From NCBI GenBank assembly GCA_049724395.1, contig JAUGWO010000082.1:124001-188000 (forward strand): a DNA stretch of 64,000 nt. The letters are read 5' to 3'. The position numbers and the translations under genes were made by a program. The DNA is from Spongospora subterranea f. sp. subterranea (lineage: Eukaryota). The number at the start of each line of letters is the position of its first letter. The first letter of the stretch is position 1. The notes beneath the pieces were generated by a model, which had not been told where the DNA came from, made no database searches, and worked only from the letters and a program-made list of their open reading frames with translations. Positions 15,290 through 27,260 of this stretch are shown here, piece after piece.

Positions 15290-15905
15290 AGCAATCGAGT
15301 ATTCATGATTTAAACACTATCAAAGGATATATCAAAAAGAGAGCTCCTTCGATAACACTCTGGAATTTGATCGATTCGAGCGAACGAGCCGTTTTTACTA
15401 TCAATTGAGAGCAAGAGGTTTTTCTGAAAATTTACATGTTTCCAAACTTCGGACAAATCAAACATCAGAGCTCCCGCGATCAACAGAATCCAAGAACAAC
15501 GAGATCAGTTATTACCATTCATCATCCCTTATTATGACTCTCCTCTAACAAGGGCGTCGAAGCAATTCATTCACTCTTTGAACGGGCATCCAGATGCACG
15601 AGTACTCAAACCTAAGTTCATCTCCTGCTTCAGAAGATCTAACAATCCTTCTCGAACTCAGTAGTCAATCGAGTATTAATTTAGAGCAAATTCAATATCT
15701 GTCAAAAAAACAGAAATTGGTTAATCGTCTCTAGACAGCTTCCTGAATAATACATTGAATTTGTTCTAAACTTAATACCTGATTGGCTAATGGAGGTTCG
15801 AGAAGGTTTTTAGATCTTCTGAAGCAGGAAACGAACTTGAGTTTGAGTATTCGTGCATCTGGATTTTCGTTCAAAGAGTGACTGAATTGCTTCAATGCCC
15901 TCGCT
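15290..15905. mobile_element. Two tail-to-tail 3' fragments of a Penelope-like retroelement forming a long inverted repeat
   Basis: Plus strand (with frameshifts): SIHDLNTIKGYIK-ELLR*, FYYQLRARGFSENL, LPFIIPY, FISCFRRSNN. Minus strand: KQFSHSL..FVSCFRRSKNLLE. Arms about 15550-15696 and 15754-15902. Confidence 0.65.
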
Positions 15906-16556
15906 CACCCAACGACACAGCATCTATGACCCTATCTGCACCAACTTCTGGAACATGTTGATTCAACTTCTGACAGAGGAATACTGGGAACAACATCCAA
16001 AAAGCAGAGAGGCAAAGAGAAGCCGACGAAAAACAAATCGCAGATCCAGCCATCATGCAGGCAAATAAAAAAATGCTCAAGGCGACTTGCGATGCTCTCC
16101 ACCCAAGCCGCCAGCAACAATTAACAAGGAGAACCCCCAAAACGAACAGCGCCGCCAAAGGATATCAGCAACCTACCGCTTCCAAACGAAGTACAAAGCG
16201 TACAAATACATCCACAAGAATTCAACCCTCTACCGCATCGTCGTCCGTTGAAGCTGAATACATCGCATTGTGTGCAGCGTTTCGCGAGGCGAAATGGATA
16301 CGTCAACTTTTTTCTGGACTCGAATCCCGAACCCATTTTTGGGGACAACAATGGCTGCATCTCAATAAGTGCAAACAGTCGACCGATGCGAGAACACAGC
16401 CACATTGACGTCGAATATAATTTTGTGAGGCAGTTGATCGGCAACAAATCAAGGTCGAATACATGCCTACCGACAAATGATGGAAGACATTTTTACTAAA
16501 CCTTGTGCGGGACCGGCGTTCAAGAAATTGAATTCCTTGCTCGTCAGTTATCTTTG

Positions 16557-16681
16557 TCTTTGGTTTGAAGATGTGCTATGATCAACCCCATTCCGTTCTT
16601 TGGTTTGAGGGGGCGTGCTAAGATCAACCCCATTCCGTTCTTTGGTTTGAAGGGGCGTGCTAAGATCAACCCCATTCCGTT
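16557..16681 (+). repeat. About 3 tandem copies of a 42-bp unit covering the Copia PPT/LTR junction
   Basis: ATCAACCCCATTCCGTT recurs at 16581, 16623 and 16665. Confidence 0.95.
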
Positions 16682-18108
16682 GATATTCCCACAAATACCG
16701 GACGCCCCCCCAAACTGCACTGCTTTGCACATTCTTTTATTGTTCTTACACCTACTCCCAACCGCGATTTCGTTCGATCGTTTTTGTTTTTCTTATGCGC
16801 TAAACGGCAAACCTTTTCGTGTGGGTTGTAGGTGAGAATACAAGAGACCAACAAGGCTGTCCAATTGCGCCGACCTTATCCAGGTTTGGGATTGTGTCAG
16901 TGATCAAGAAATACTTTCCATTCAAGATATAACTGAACTACATGAATTACCGCATCTAGACTGAACCGCTCTGAGGCACAGACACGATAAGATTACGGTT
17001 TTTGCTCTGCTGGGGCTGACTCTACTTTGACATTTGCCGGTTTTCCGTGCCAAAAAGTGAAACGAACGAAACTATTTATTATGGTAAAATGTCGACTTCC
17101 CGATTGGCTATAGTTTCTATGGAGATAAGAAGTACAGCCACCAAGGAAGACATTTCAATATTGGACAATGCATAGTTATAAAACTATACAAATGTGTTGA
17201 CCAACGTACTTATTGAAAAATCACGTTGGCTTCGAACAGTCCAAATCTTACAAACCTTCATTTGTGATCGTCATTGATGGCCTGAAAAGACGCGCGATTA
17301 GCATAACATTCCGATTAATGATCGAACTAAAAAACAATTGGATTGGTTTCAGAATAATTGTAAAAATCCACATGACACATTCGGTAGACCATCGCGAGAT
17401 ACAATTGAATCATCAGAATAACTACAATAGAGAACTGTGCAATGAGCAGCTTACATGAGATATTTAGAATGCCAATGAGGTGGAGGGCATGAAACCTATA
17501 ACACGACGGGTAAGATTTTGATTGGAGCAGCCGATGATAAAAATGATTGCAAGAGCATCCGACACGATCGACCAGATCATCATGTAAATAAATAATATGA
17601 GTGGTGCATGGTTCAAAATCTTCATCTGAACGGTAAAGCGTGTGCTGAAAACTTTACCAGCTGTTAAGATGAGAGACCGGCTAATGGCTATGCTCGTCAA
17701 ATACCCACCAACTCTTGACACAACAATATCGGAATGACGAAATCTGGCGTCCGACGGTCACAGACTCGGACGCCCGCAATCCGTCACGGACTGCGGAATT
17801 TGTTGCAACGAAAACATTAGGGGAGTGTCACAATACCGAATTATGTACAGTACAGAACGAATGAACGATTTGTAATCTCAAATCTAAAGCTTGTTTTCGA
17901 CTTGATCCTAAACTATATGAAATGTCACCAGTATCACAGTCACGTTTGGCTTGATATAACTCTATCTCTGTTGCCGCAAGTTCCAGTTAAAACCATCAGG
18001 CTCAATTGTTCATGACACATCTCTGTTGCCGCATCTCCAGTTCCAGTTAAGGGTCAACACATCACTGGTCATGTTACCTGATCAGGAATCTAGCGGTTTA
18101 AGTATCGC

Positions 18109-18629
18109 CATGACCGGTCATGTTACAGTACATGATCAGGAGTCCCACTGGTACTGATATCCCATGACCGGTCATGTTACAGTACATGATCAGGAGTCCC
18201 ACTGGTACTGATATCCCATGACCGGTCATGTTACAGTACATGATCAGGAGTCCCACTGGTACTGATATCCCATGACCGGTCATGTTACAGTACATGATCA
18301 GGAGTCCCACTGGTACTGATATCCCATGACCGGTCATGTTACAGTACATGATCAGGAGTCCCACTGGTACTGATATCCCATGACCGGTCATGTTACAGTA
18401 CATGATCAGGAGTCCCACTGGTACTGATATCCCATGACCGGTCATGTTACAGTACATGATCAGGAGTCCCACTGGTACTGATATCCCATGACCGGTCATG
18501 TTACAGTACATGATCAGGAGTCCCACTGGTACTGATATCCCATGACCGGTCATGTTACAGTACATGATCAGGAGTCCCACTGGTACTGATATCCCATGAC
18601 CGGTCATGTTACAGTACATGATCAGGAGT
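18109..18629. repeat. Perfect 54-bp tandem array (9 full copies plus 35 bp) with degenerate flanking units
   Basis: Unit CATGACCGGTCATGTTACAGTACATGATCAGGAGTCCCACTGGTACTGATATCC starts at 18109, 18163 ... 18595; diverged units at about 18060-18108 and 18641-18765. Confidence 0.98.
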
Positions 18630-18976
18630 GATATTTTGCCCCATGACTGGACATGTTACATTAATCAGGAATCCTACCAGCGGTTTATGTTGCCCCATAA
18701 CTTGTCATAGGGTATACGTTGCCCCATGACTGGACATGTTACCTGACCGCAATCCTGTAGCGGAATGGGTTGCTGATGATGGGTTATCGTGCGCCATGCC
18801 ACATTAGGCCTGACTTAGCTCTTGATTTACGTTATTCTACCTATCACCATTTCATAAATTTGCTGTACTGGGTTTCTCTCTTTATCTTGTTGTCTGCCCT
18901 TCGCGTATTTAATCTCAATTTCAGCACTTACCTTTTCAACAGCGATGACCAGACAGTCTGCAGATTCATTTTCAAC

Positions 18977-20567
18977 ATGCATCGAAATCGGGACGGAACC
19001 GCGTCGCGCGAGGCAATCCTGGATTGCACTCTTTTCTTGAGGCTGACCGACGCTTCTTGAACTCCAGTGCTGGACAGCAGTTGGCTGACGTTAATTTTGT
19101 GTTTGCCAATGAACAAGACGTTGTCATTGGTCATCGCCTCATCCTGTGCATGCGTTCGGCCTACTTTTGCTCCCTTCTTAATGTTAAGACACAAATTATT
19201 CCTTTACGAGTCAATATTGATGCTTGCTCTCGTGCCCATTTCAAAATGGTCTTAGATTGGTTGTATTTTGGGTCATTACCTACCAAGGAGTTGATAACCG
19301 TGGAAACAATCGTGTCATTATTGGCAGTATCAACGAAATTTGAGCTTGAGGAGCTTGCCCATCTCAGTCTGACTATTATGATGCATGGAATTCCACCAGA
19401 CCAAAAGCCTCTGATTTCCGAAGAATGCTTGGAGAATGTTCTGCTCTGCTATGACCAAATTCACTCAAAGTCCTCCGATGTATTATTTGCTGTCCTTGTC
19501 CAGCGTTGCCTTCAGCTTGTATCAGTTAATTTCGAAGAAATCATCAACTGTAGTAGACTTCAATATTTAAGCATGTCCGCTGTAGCCTCTTTGCTATCGA
19601 GCCAGGAGCTGCATGTCCCCGAACTATTTTTGTTTCGATTTGCGGCAAAATGGTGTTCAAACAAGGTTGGTGGCAAACGGAGACACGCCGGAGAAAATAT
19701 ATCTGCCCAGGTACGAACTTGGAATAGCAACGGCAACTGCACAAAGCTGAAATGACTGGTCCAGGAACTGGCCAGCCCACTCTGGAAACATATAGCCTGG
19801 GATGAGATTCCAGGAATCGCCTTGGTTAAGGAAGTTCAACCGTCTGGATTAATCAGCTCTGACGACATGACAATTCTCTACCAAGCTTTGGCGCTTTCGG
19901 GGCAATATTCAAAGTTGGCATTTTGCCGAGCGTCTTCTACACCAATTTGTTTTGAAGTAAAATTTGCGAATTTTTCTACTCTGCACTTACAATGGCCCAT
20001 TTCAGGATGATGAGCAATTAAAGCTTTCGGAAAACAACACAATCGCTTCATCGACTTTGCTGTCCGGTGAATCCGTTCCAATTAGCTCGTTGCAGTCATT
20101 TTCAGAGGGGGTTCATTGTTTTGAGTTTCTGATAAGATCAATGTGCGATCGCCTTGTCATTGGGCTATTTGACACGGATTGTGACCACCGAAGGTTTTAT
20201 ATGTGCGGAATCGGTGATTGGCCCCAAGCAAAAGGTTGATTTTCACAGCCGTACGAAATTGTTTCTGAAAACGCTAATTACAGAAGTAGTGTTCGCACGA
20301 ATAGACGAGCTGAATGTCAATGATATTATAACTTGCGAGTTGGAGGTCGACGCTTGTCGATGCTCGTTTTTCAAGATCTCCCCGAAATGCGCTGGAGGAA
20401 GCAATACCGTTTCTGTCCGTCAACGCCAAATTATCTCCACGTTCCATGGCATGCCGTCAGGCCCACATCGCATTTACGTCGAGTTTAGCAGCCCGGGATC
20501 AGTGCAAGTGCTAAGACACAGGCTTTTATGGCAGGGCAATGAAAGAAACCAGGTTCCGGCCGCATGA
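18977..20567 (+). CDS. BTB/POZ-BACK protein with C-terminal SPRY-like beta domain
   Basis: ADVNFVF...GHRLILCMRSAYFCSLL...FKMVLDWLYFG (BTB); LLSSQELHVPELFLFRFAAKW (BACK); EGVHCFEF..LVIGL (SPRY-like). Confidence 0.85.
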
Positions 20568-20680
20568 GATAAATATTGTTCCTACAAAGCAGCCTGCAAT
20601 GTTCTAACCATTTCGTCGTAATAGCTCGAAAACCGAATGAAAACTTGTTTATATTTTTGTCGGCTACAAGTGACAAATTG

Positions 20681-21824
20681 ATGAAGATGGGAGATCCTTA
20701 CGGTGATCTGTCATTCCCAACGAATTTTGTCATCTGGAGTTTCTTGTTTCTGGTCGACTGCTGCAAAAGGACTGTTCAGTCGATTACAAATCAGGATGCA
20801 CCGGATATTGACTGCATGATGGCCAGGCCGCGACAGTATTCGGGACACGGACATGGCCAATCGACCGACAATCAAGGGTATTCGAGGGTATTCGCCTTGC
20901 AACGGCATAGCTGTTATTTTTGGACCAAGGGTCGTGTTCCAACATCATGGTGGCATTCATCGCCGATATGCTTGACCATCTAGCCCCGTTATCTAGGGCC
21001 AGGCCTATCGTGTTTGCAGTATTCACCGCTGTTGTGGCGTCGCTCATTCTCAGGAGAGCGTTACGCTTGCTCTATTCGTCACGACCGAAACCGTACTGGA
21101 TTATTGGCAGTAACTCAGCCAACCCGTTAACTTGCTTTGATCTAGGAAATACGTTGGCCAGCGGGATGAAAACGGGCTCATGACTGGAAAGGGGCAAACT
21201 TCCACTTTCAAATGGCGATTTTTATGAAGGTGAGTTCATTAAAGGCATGTTTCATGGAGAAGGTAAATTCAAATCTGAGCTTCCAGTACGGTTTGTTTGA
21301 AATACGCCATGAAATTGACTCAGGGTTATATATGTTTAAAGACGGCAAATCATACTATCGGGGATCGTTTAAGAGTTCGATGTTCCATGGGAAAGGAGAA
21401 GAGGTCCTGGGAGTCAGAATGTGTCGCGAAATCGTGCTCTGAAATTGACATAGTTTCACAGATGTATGGGACAAGCAACTCAAAATATGTTGGATCGTTC
21501 AAAGCGAACAGAAGAGACGGACACGGAAGAATCGATTATGGAACAGGCGGTTCTTATGTAGGAAAGTGGAAGAACGGGTTGAAACACGGCACCGGGACAT
21601 TAAAATACGTCAACGGTGATAAGTTTTTTGGACATTTCGAAAACGGGTTCAAGCAAGGTGCAGGAGAATATTCTGGGCGAACATTCCGGATTGTGGGCAA
21701 CTGGACCAAGAATCACGCTGATGCGGACTGCATCGTGCACGCCAAGAAGGGGTTTGATCCAAGTCACTTAATTGGTGTATCGGAAGGAGGGCCCGATCTG
21801 ACTAATATTCAATACTCTCAATGA
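20681..21824 (+). CDS. Membrane-anchored MORN-repeat protein
   Basis: Multiple YxGxFxxGxxHGxG repeats (YEGEFIKGMFHGEG, YVGKWKNGLKHGTG) after a hydrophobic segment IVFAVFTAVVASLIL. Confidence 0.85.
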
Positions 21825-22130
21825 TCATTCTGTCTGCCAATTTTCAATCTTCAAGTTCACGTATCAGTATTGAGATCAACACCATAAATTTATGACGAAC
21901 TACGTGTTCGAGATGCCTTCTGCTGACACATTGTTGGGTTGAACTGTCGGTTGCGTTGGTTTGGTAGGGGTTGATGAAGTGGTTGGGTATCTGGTAGAGT
22001 AAGTACCGGAGTGGTTGCGCTGCTGTCATGATCTCGCTGGCTGGTGTGGCCATGGCAATTGCCAGGAATATTGTTGTTGGTTAGACTGTAGTTGGGTCAC
22101 AAAGCTACCTAGGTCGGAGTCTGACCCGCC

Positions 22131-23775
22131 ATGCCATCCGCGCTACTGTCGTCCACGTCCAACGCGGAAGTGGAACTGACCATTGGCGAGCGGGTATTCG
22201 CCTCGATAGAAATACCTGGATCAGTGAATGATCCTGACAAGGCTATCGAGGCGTTAAACGGCAACGATAGCATCTGCAAGGCATTATCGTTAGCGGTTTC
22301 ATCATTCAATGAACCGATTTCCGTTGATCCTGCTTGCCAACAAGGTCAAGGTTTGACCCTGAAACTTCGTCCCGATGACGCGTATTCCAGACCTATTGAC
22401 GCCAACATCTCGCCATATTCCTGTTTTCTGTTAGAGATCAGACGTCCTCGACGTTCGCCATCTTCTGCGACAATTCAGGTTCTCGGAAGGGTCAATCATG
22501 TTGCGCGATTCGAGTTCCTTGACGATTTCCAGATCGTGCACAACAGCCGATTTCTGAAGGATATGCAGTTATTACCTCCGGTGTTCATGTCCAATATCTC
22601 ATCGCCTCGCGATTACAAGTTTCGGGATGTTCCCACTGGGATATCCAGACAAAAACGACTTCAATCGCGTCGCGATGATCACCATACTCGTTTTTCGCGT
22701 TTCGCGTTGATACCGTTTGACAGCCCCACGATTCCGATGGGTCCGGAAGAGGGTTCATTTGCGGCTTCGCCAGACGCTTTAAACGATCCTGTTACTCGAT
22801 TGCTGAAAGAGAAATTTGACGAGCGTCCACTAATTTCAAAACGCCTCTTACTGTATTCGATGCGCCTGGCGAATCAAGATCGGCGAAGTGTGATTCGATT
22901 CGTGTATTGCGTCGCGTATCGGTTTTCGGTAAAGCAATTTCGTCACCATAATCAATAATGTATATCAATCTCATGCGTTTTATATAGGGCGGTCCTTGGA
23001 GAGGTTTATGGTATTTCCCACACCGCGTCTACCATCATTTCAGGTTCCTAATTAGTCATCGACAATTGTTAAATAGGTGCAGATATGGATATGACCCCCG
23101 CAAAGATTCTTCTAGTCTTCCCTACCAGTGCATTGACATCCGAATTCGGGAAGAGTTCGCCACCGCTGTTGCTGCTAAACGTCGCCAACATCTCGAACTG
23201 CCTAAGACGAAGGCCGATAATCTAATTCGTAAGCGAAAACATTTCAACGGGTAGGTATTTCTTTAAATCAACGAATGCGCTTGATCTGTTAATCATTGCT
23301 GTTTAGGTTAAACCCATCTCACCCCGACGTGACAATGGTTATAACACCGTCCGATATTGACTTTAGCGCGCCGCCGCATCGAAGTTTCGCCATGTACCAG
23401 TTGTGCGACCTCTCTGGGCCTGATCTTCTTGCAGTGGTCAACAACGCTCGGCCGACGTCGGTTTGTCACCACCGAACGGGCTGGGCCATGAAAGAGGTCC
23501 TCGACGAAATTCGCTCGATCATGAAACATCGAATATCGATGTGGATGTCTCTGGCTTCCACCGAGCATCACAGTTCTTCTGAGGCAGCACCATCATGGGA
23601 GCAGATTCTGCACGATTCAGCTGAGAAGCTAGCAGTAGATGCTGATGCTGTTGATAATATTTTTCCTGACGCATTCGACTTTGAGGATGAGGCAGACTTT
23701 GATCAGGATGCGCCGTTTGAATCAGATGACATGAAGTCGTCATCGTCGCTTGATGAATTCGAAATTTTCGAATGA
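22131..23775 (+). CDS. GTF3C5: RNA polymerase III transcription factor TFIIIC subunit 5 (Tau95/Tfc1)
   Basis: SIEIPGSV...AIEALNG, LKLRPDDAYSRPI, FLDDFQ, FDERP, AYRFSGGPWR, YGYDPRKD..YQCIDIR; acidic tail. Confidence 0.88.
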
Positions 23776-23832
23776 CGTAATGGTTGGAGTATCGGGAAGC
23801 ATTATTTATGTTTGAAAAAACTGTAATGATTT

Positions 23833-25680
23833 TTATTGAGTACAAAATCCTTGCCATTTTAGTTGATCAGACGACAGTTTTCCGATACAGATATTATCCA
23901 CCAAGTATTGCGTCAGGGATAATGAACACGACATTCTCCCGACGCACTCATTGTCAATTGAGGTTTTGGATGAAACACTATAGCACGACTGCCCTTGTTC
24001 ATTACTTGGGTAAACGATATTACGAATCGAGCCTGTGTTGCAAACAATAGATACGGTAGTTCGTGGACCTGAAACTGATGTTGATTCCGGAACGGCTACA
24101 GGAGGCAGTTGGCGAACGGGCGATGGTGCAGGAGGTGTGGAAACCGGTAATGGTGCAGGAGGTGCGGAAACCGGTAATGGTGCAGGAGGTGTGGAAATCG
24201 GTAATGGTGCAAGTGCATTAGGCGTGTATACCACTTCTATGGATGCTGGAACGGGTACAGGAGCAGGAACTGGCGGTGGGCGAGCAGGCGATGGTGCAGG
24301 GGCACTAGGCACGTAAACCAGCGATGGTGCAGGCGACGCATAAACCGGCGAAGGTGCCAGTGAAGGTGCAGGTGCAATAACCGGCGATGATACCGGTGCG
24401 ATAGGCGGTTGAACCGGAGATGGTGCTTGGACACTTGGGGTCAAAGCCGGTGCTGGGGCAGGCGCAGCGGGAACGGCTCTATCCTGCTTCACCGATGGTC
24501 CACATGTGTACATGACCCCTAAATATTTTTTTGTTTTGCGGCAAGGATCACCAAAAACTGAGTTAGAAGCGGAAATTTCACATGTCGGTTTGCCAATGCA
24601 TGCCATTTGCACCAAGACCGTGCTGTTTTCCGCATGACAGGACCCTTGTGTCATTTTGGGGTCATTTTCACTGATGTTCGGGGTACCGTATGATGCAAAT
24701 AATATGGAAGCGACCGAACCAGGACAGCTCAAAGTCGCGTTCCGCCCCTCAGATACGACAGTGAATTCCGACGGGTTTTTGGAAGGAACAGGCGCCGACG
24801 GGTTTTTGGAAGGAACAGGCGCTGGTGCAGGTGCTGGAGGTTTTACAGGAGTATGTGCTTTTTGCCCATTACAGACGTAAATAACGGCCAGAAATTTTCT
24901 TTGCCAGCGGCACGGGTCGCCAAACTCTGAGTTGGAAGCAGCAACAGTACAATTGGACTTTCCAAGGCATTTCCTTTCCACCACATCCTTGCTAGTTTTT
25001 GCATTACAGGATCCATTACTCAATTCTGAATTGTTTGCGCTGATAAACTGGTGTTCCGTAGGAAGCAAACCGTATGGATGCAATTGCACCTGGGCAGCTC
25101 AAGACAGCGGTCTGATTTTCAGATACCATGGCGGAAAAATCCCGCCCAACCTTATATGTCGCCGGTTTGGGCTTGGTTGAATGGGTACTTGGTGATGAGG
25201 AGATGTTGATATGGTTTCCTGAAGAATTCTGGTTCTGCGGCGCAGTTGTATTCAATGAGCAATGAGCTACAATAACAAGTTTTTCTCTCTGTAATGCACA
25301 CGACTCATCCTATTAGACAAATTGTTAGGGCACTTTGCCAATTCATGATCGGAGATCGCTAAATTTACCTGAATGGCGAAAGTCGTCCGGTCAGCGGGAA
25401 GATAACAACTTTTTTTACCAACGCAAGATTGAGTGGCGATTTTTACAGAATCAGGGGCATGACATTGCCCAATCTCGTAAACCCCCTCAGTAATCTTCTT
25501 GGGAGTTCCAAATGATGCGAACACGATCTCGCTGATGAAATACGTTTGATCACAGTCGATTTCCAGTGTCCCTCCGAAGCGAGCAGCGGATACATGATAG
25601 TGCTGTGCAGGGTCTAGCTCGTATGGAGATACCAAATTTGGAATGGACAACGCCAGTAATATCGCCAAAAGAATGGCCAT
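23833..25680 (-). CDS. Secreted multi-SUEL (galactose/rhamnose-binding) lectin with Pro-rich stalk (one +1 frameshift)
   Basis: Signal peptide MAILLAILLALSIPNLVS; three SUEL starts of the type CxxxIxxIxFAS[YF]GTP..C, two ending FGDPC..KxLxVxYxC; PAP-rich linkers; degenerate fourth domain at the C-terminus. Confidence 0.85.
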
Positions 25681-25903
25681 CGTTGCCTGAGGCTTTTGAG
25701 AATGCCGGGGGACTTCGGTTTAGCCGTCGGGAGTTCACGAAAACATGGTGACTCATTGTTGATCATGAGAATAATCAGCCGTTTCTAGACATCAATCTAG
25801 CATAGAACCTGCTGAATCCACATGTACAGCATAACTTCCATTTTTAAACAATATAACGACGACAGGGCATAATAGCCTCGCTTAAAAATTAAGTTGACCG
25901 TTT

Positions 25904-27186
25904 TCACCCCTCCAGCGGGATATTATCAAATGTAATCTGATAGATACCCTGATCGGCAGTCACGTAAATTTTGCCATCTTTGACCATGATTCTGTACGGA
26001 TATCCAAACGAAAATCTGATGGGATATACTCTATAAAACGCCTGGAAACACCGGCCTTGGGACCACAGTTTAACAGTAGACGATTTTGCCATAGATATTA
26101 CGACATTAGTTCGGTAGTCCCTGGATAAATTGTTTTTCCAAACGCATATTGCCACAATTGTATGACGATGAGCGCGACATGACCATAATGGCTGTCGTTG
26201 TGACACATCTTCTTTGCTCGATACACTGATATCCATAGCAACAATGGACCTCCTTGCCTTACCAGCAACATAGGCAACAAGATCGTCGCAAACATCAACA
26301 GGAGAATTCGTCCCCCATCGTAAAAGCTGGAATTTACTTAATTTACATCCATCCCGAGTCCTATTTAAACAGTTAAACGCCAGATAACAGCAGCTATATT
26401 GTCTTACTGGCACACAACAATATTAGGGGATGATATCTGGTTGAAACAACATGATTCCTCCGTCCATATAATTCGGGAACCGTCGAACAATATAGGAACA
26501 GCACGGCGAGGGAGAGCAACTTGAATTTTCGTTTGGCTCCAATTGATCGTATTTACAAGCCATGCGTCGAATGCGCCTGCTTTGATGACGATAATCTCAT
26601 GTTCGTGATGCAACGTATATGTGCGGATGCAGACGATGGGTTCATGTGTTTGGTCAAATAGGACAAGCCTGGGGCTTTCAATTGTCCCATCTGTAATCTT
26701 TATATCAAACACTCCGATATCCCCGACGACGACGCACACGCGATTGTCATTCCTCAGTATTACGGCGCGTATGGCCTCTTCTGCATGACGTAGAAGTTCA
26801 TCAACTTCCACGATGTTTCTATCCGAGTCTAGTTGAACACAGTTTCCTGCCAACTGCAGCTCGTTTTCAACTGGGACGACCGACACCACTTTGCCAGAGG
26901 CATACCCGACAACAAGCCGGTTGTTCCCCATACTATACGCTGTGATTGGGTTGCCTAGCTCTCTCGATTAGCGGTGAAATGATGTACAGCCATGACAATA
27001 CCTATTGCACATGGGGCCAAAAGTCGAACAGATATCGACATTTCGTAATGAGCTTCTGAATCTTTTAACGCGAAACTAAAGATTATCAGAGAAACGCAAA
27101 GTGAAAAGTGGCCGCGCCTACGGGTACTGCGTGTTGATGCCAATGGCAGTGCAGTCTGCAGAGGCACGTAGCGGACTGTCGAACAT
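25904..27186 (-). CDS. Uncharacterised divergent WD40/beta-propeller-like protein
   Basis: Spliceable minus-strand ORFs with RAHRHTIVAICVW and STVKLWS; beta-strand-rich composition. Confidence 0.5.
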
Positions 27187-27260
27187 CAAAGTGTGTGGTA
27201 GTGGGTGGTAACGTTTGGGGTCCTGTGTAGGGTGTGGGGCCATACATAGTCGGGGGAGTC

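Larger units (their letters stand above)
14800..16853 (+). mobile_element. Degenerate Ty1/Copia LTR retrotransposon remnant (RT, RNase H, PPT, possible 3' LTR), interrupted by an ~1 kb insertion
   Basis: HVDDIMIA (YVDD), PYSELVGSLNWLAITTRPDI, GYGDA/GGAI; after the insertion QPSTASSSVEAEYIAL, GDNNGCI, HIDVEYNFVRQ; purine tract GAGGGGGC followed by TG, and CAACA at 16849-16853. Confidence 0.9.

Noticed and set aside
16617..16627. GCTAAGATCAA match to U2 snRNA
   Set aside because: The flanks lack the U2 GTGTAGTA branch-pairing region and Sm site; it lies within the Copia-associated repeat.
16900..17721. Hydrophobic short ORFs after the Copia remnant
   Set aside because: No family motif and no coherent gene model.
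18098..18629. CRISPR array, or a 173-aa repeat protein on the minus strand
   Set aside because: Units are contiguous and identical with no unique spacers and no cas genes; the ORF follows from a stop-free 54-bp (18-codon) unit.
24035..24316. Gly-rich repeat ORF on the plus strand
   Set aside because: Antisense shadow of the Pro-rich stalk of the lectin gene.
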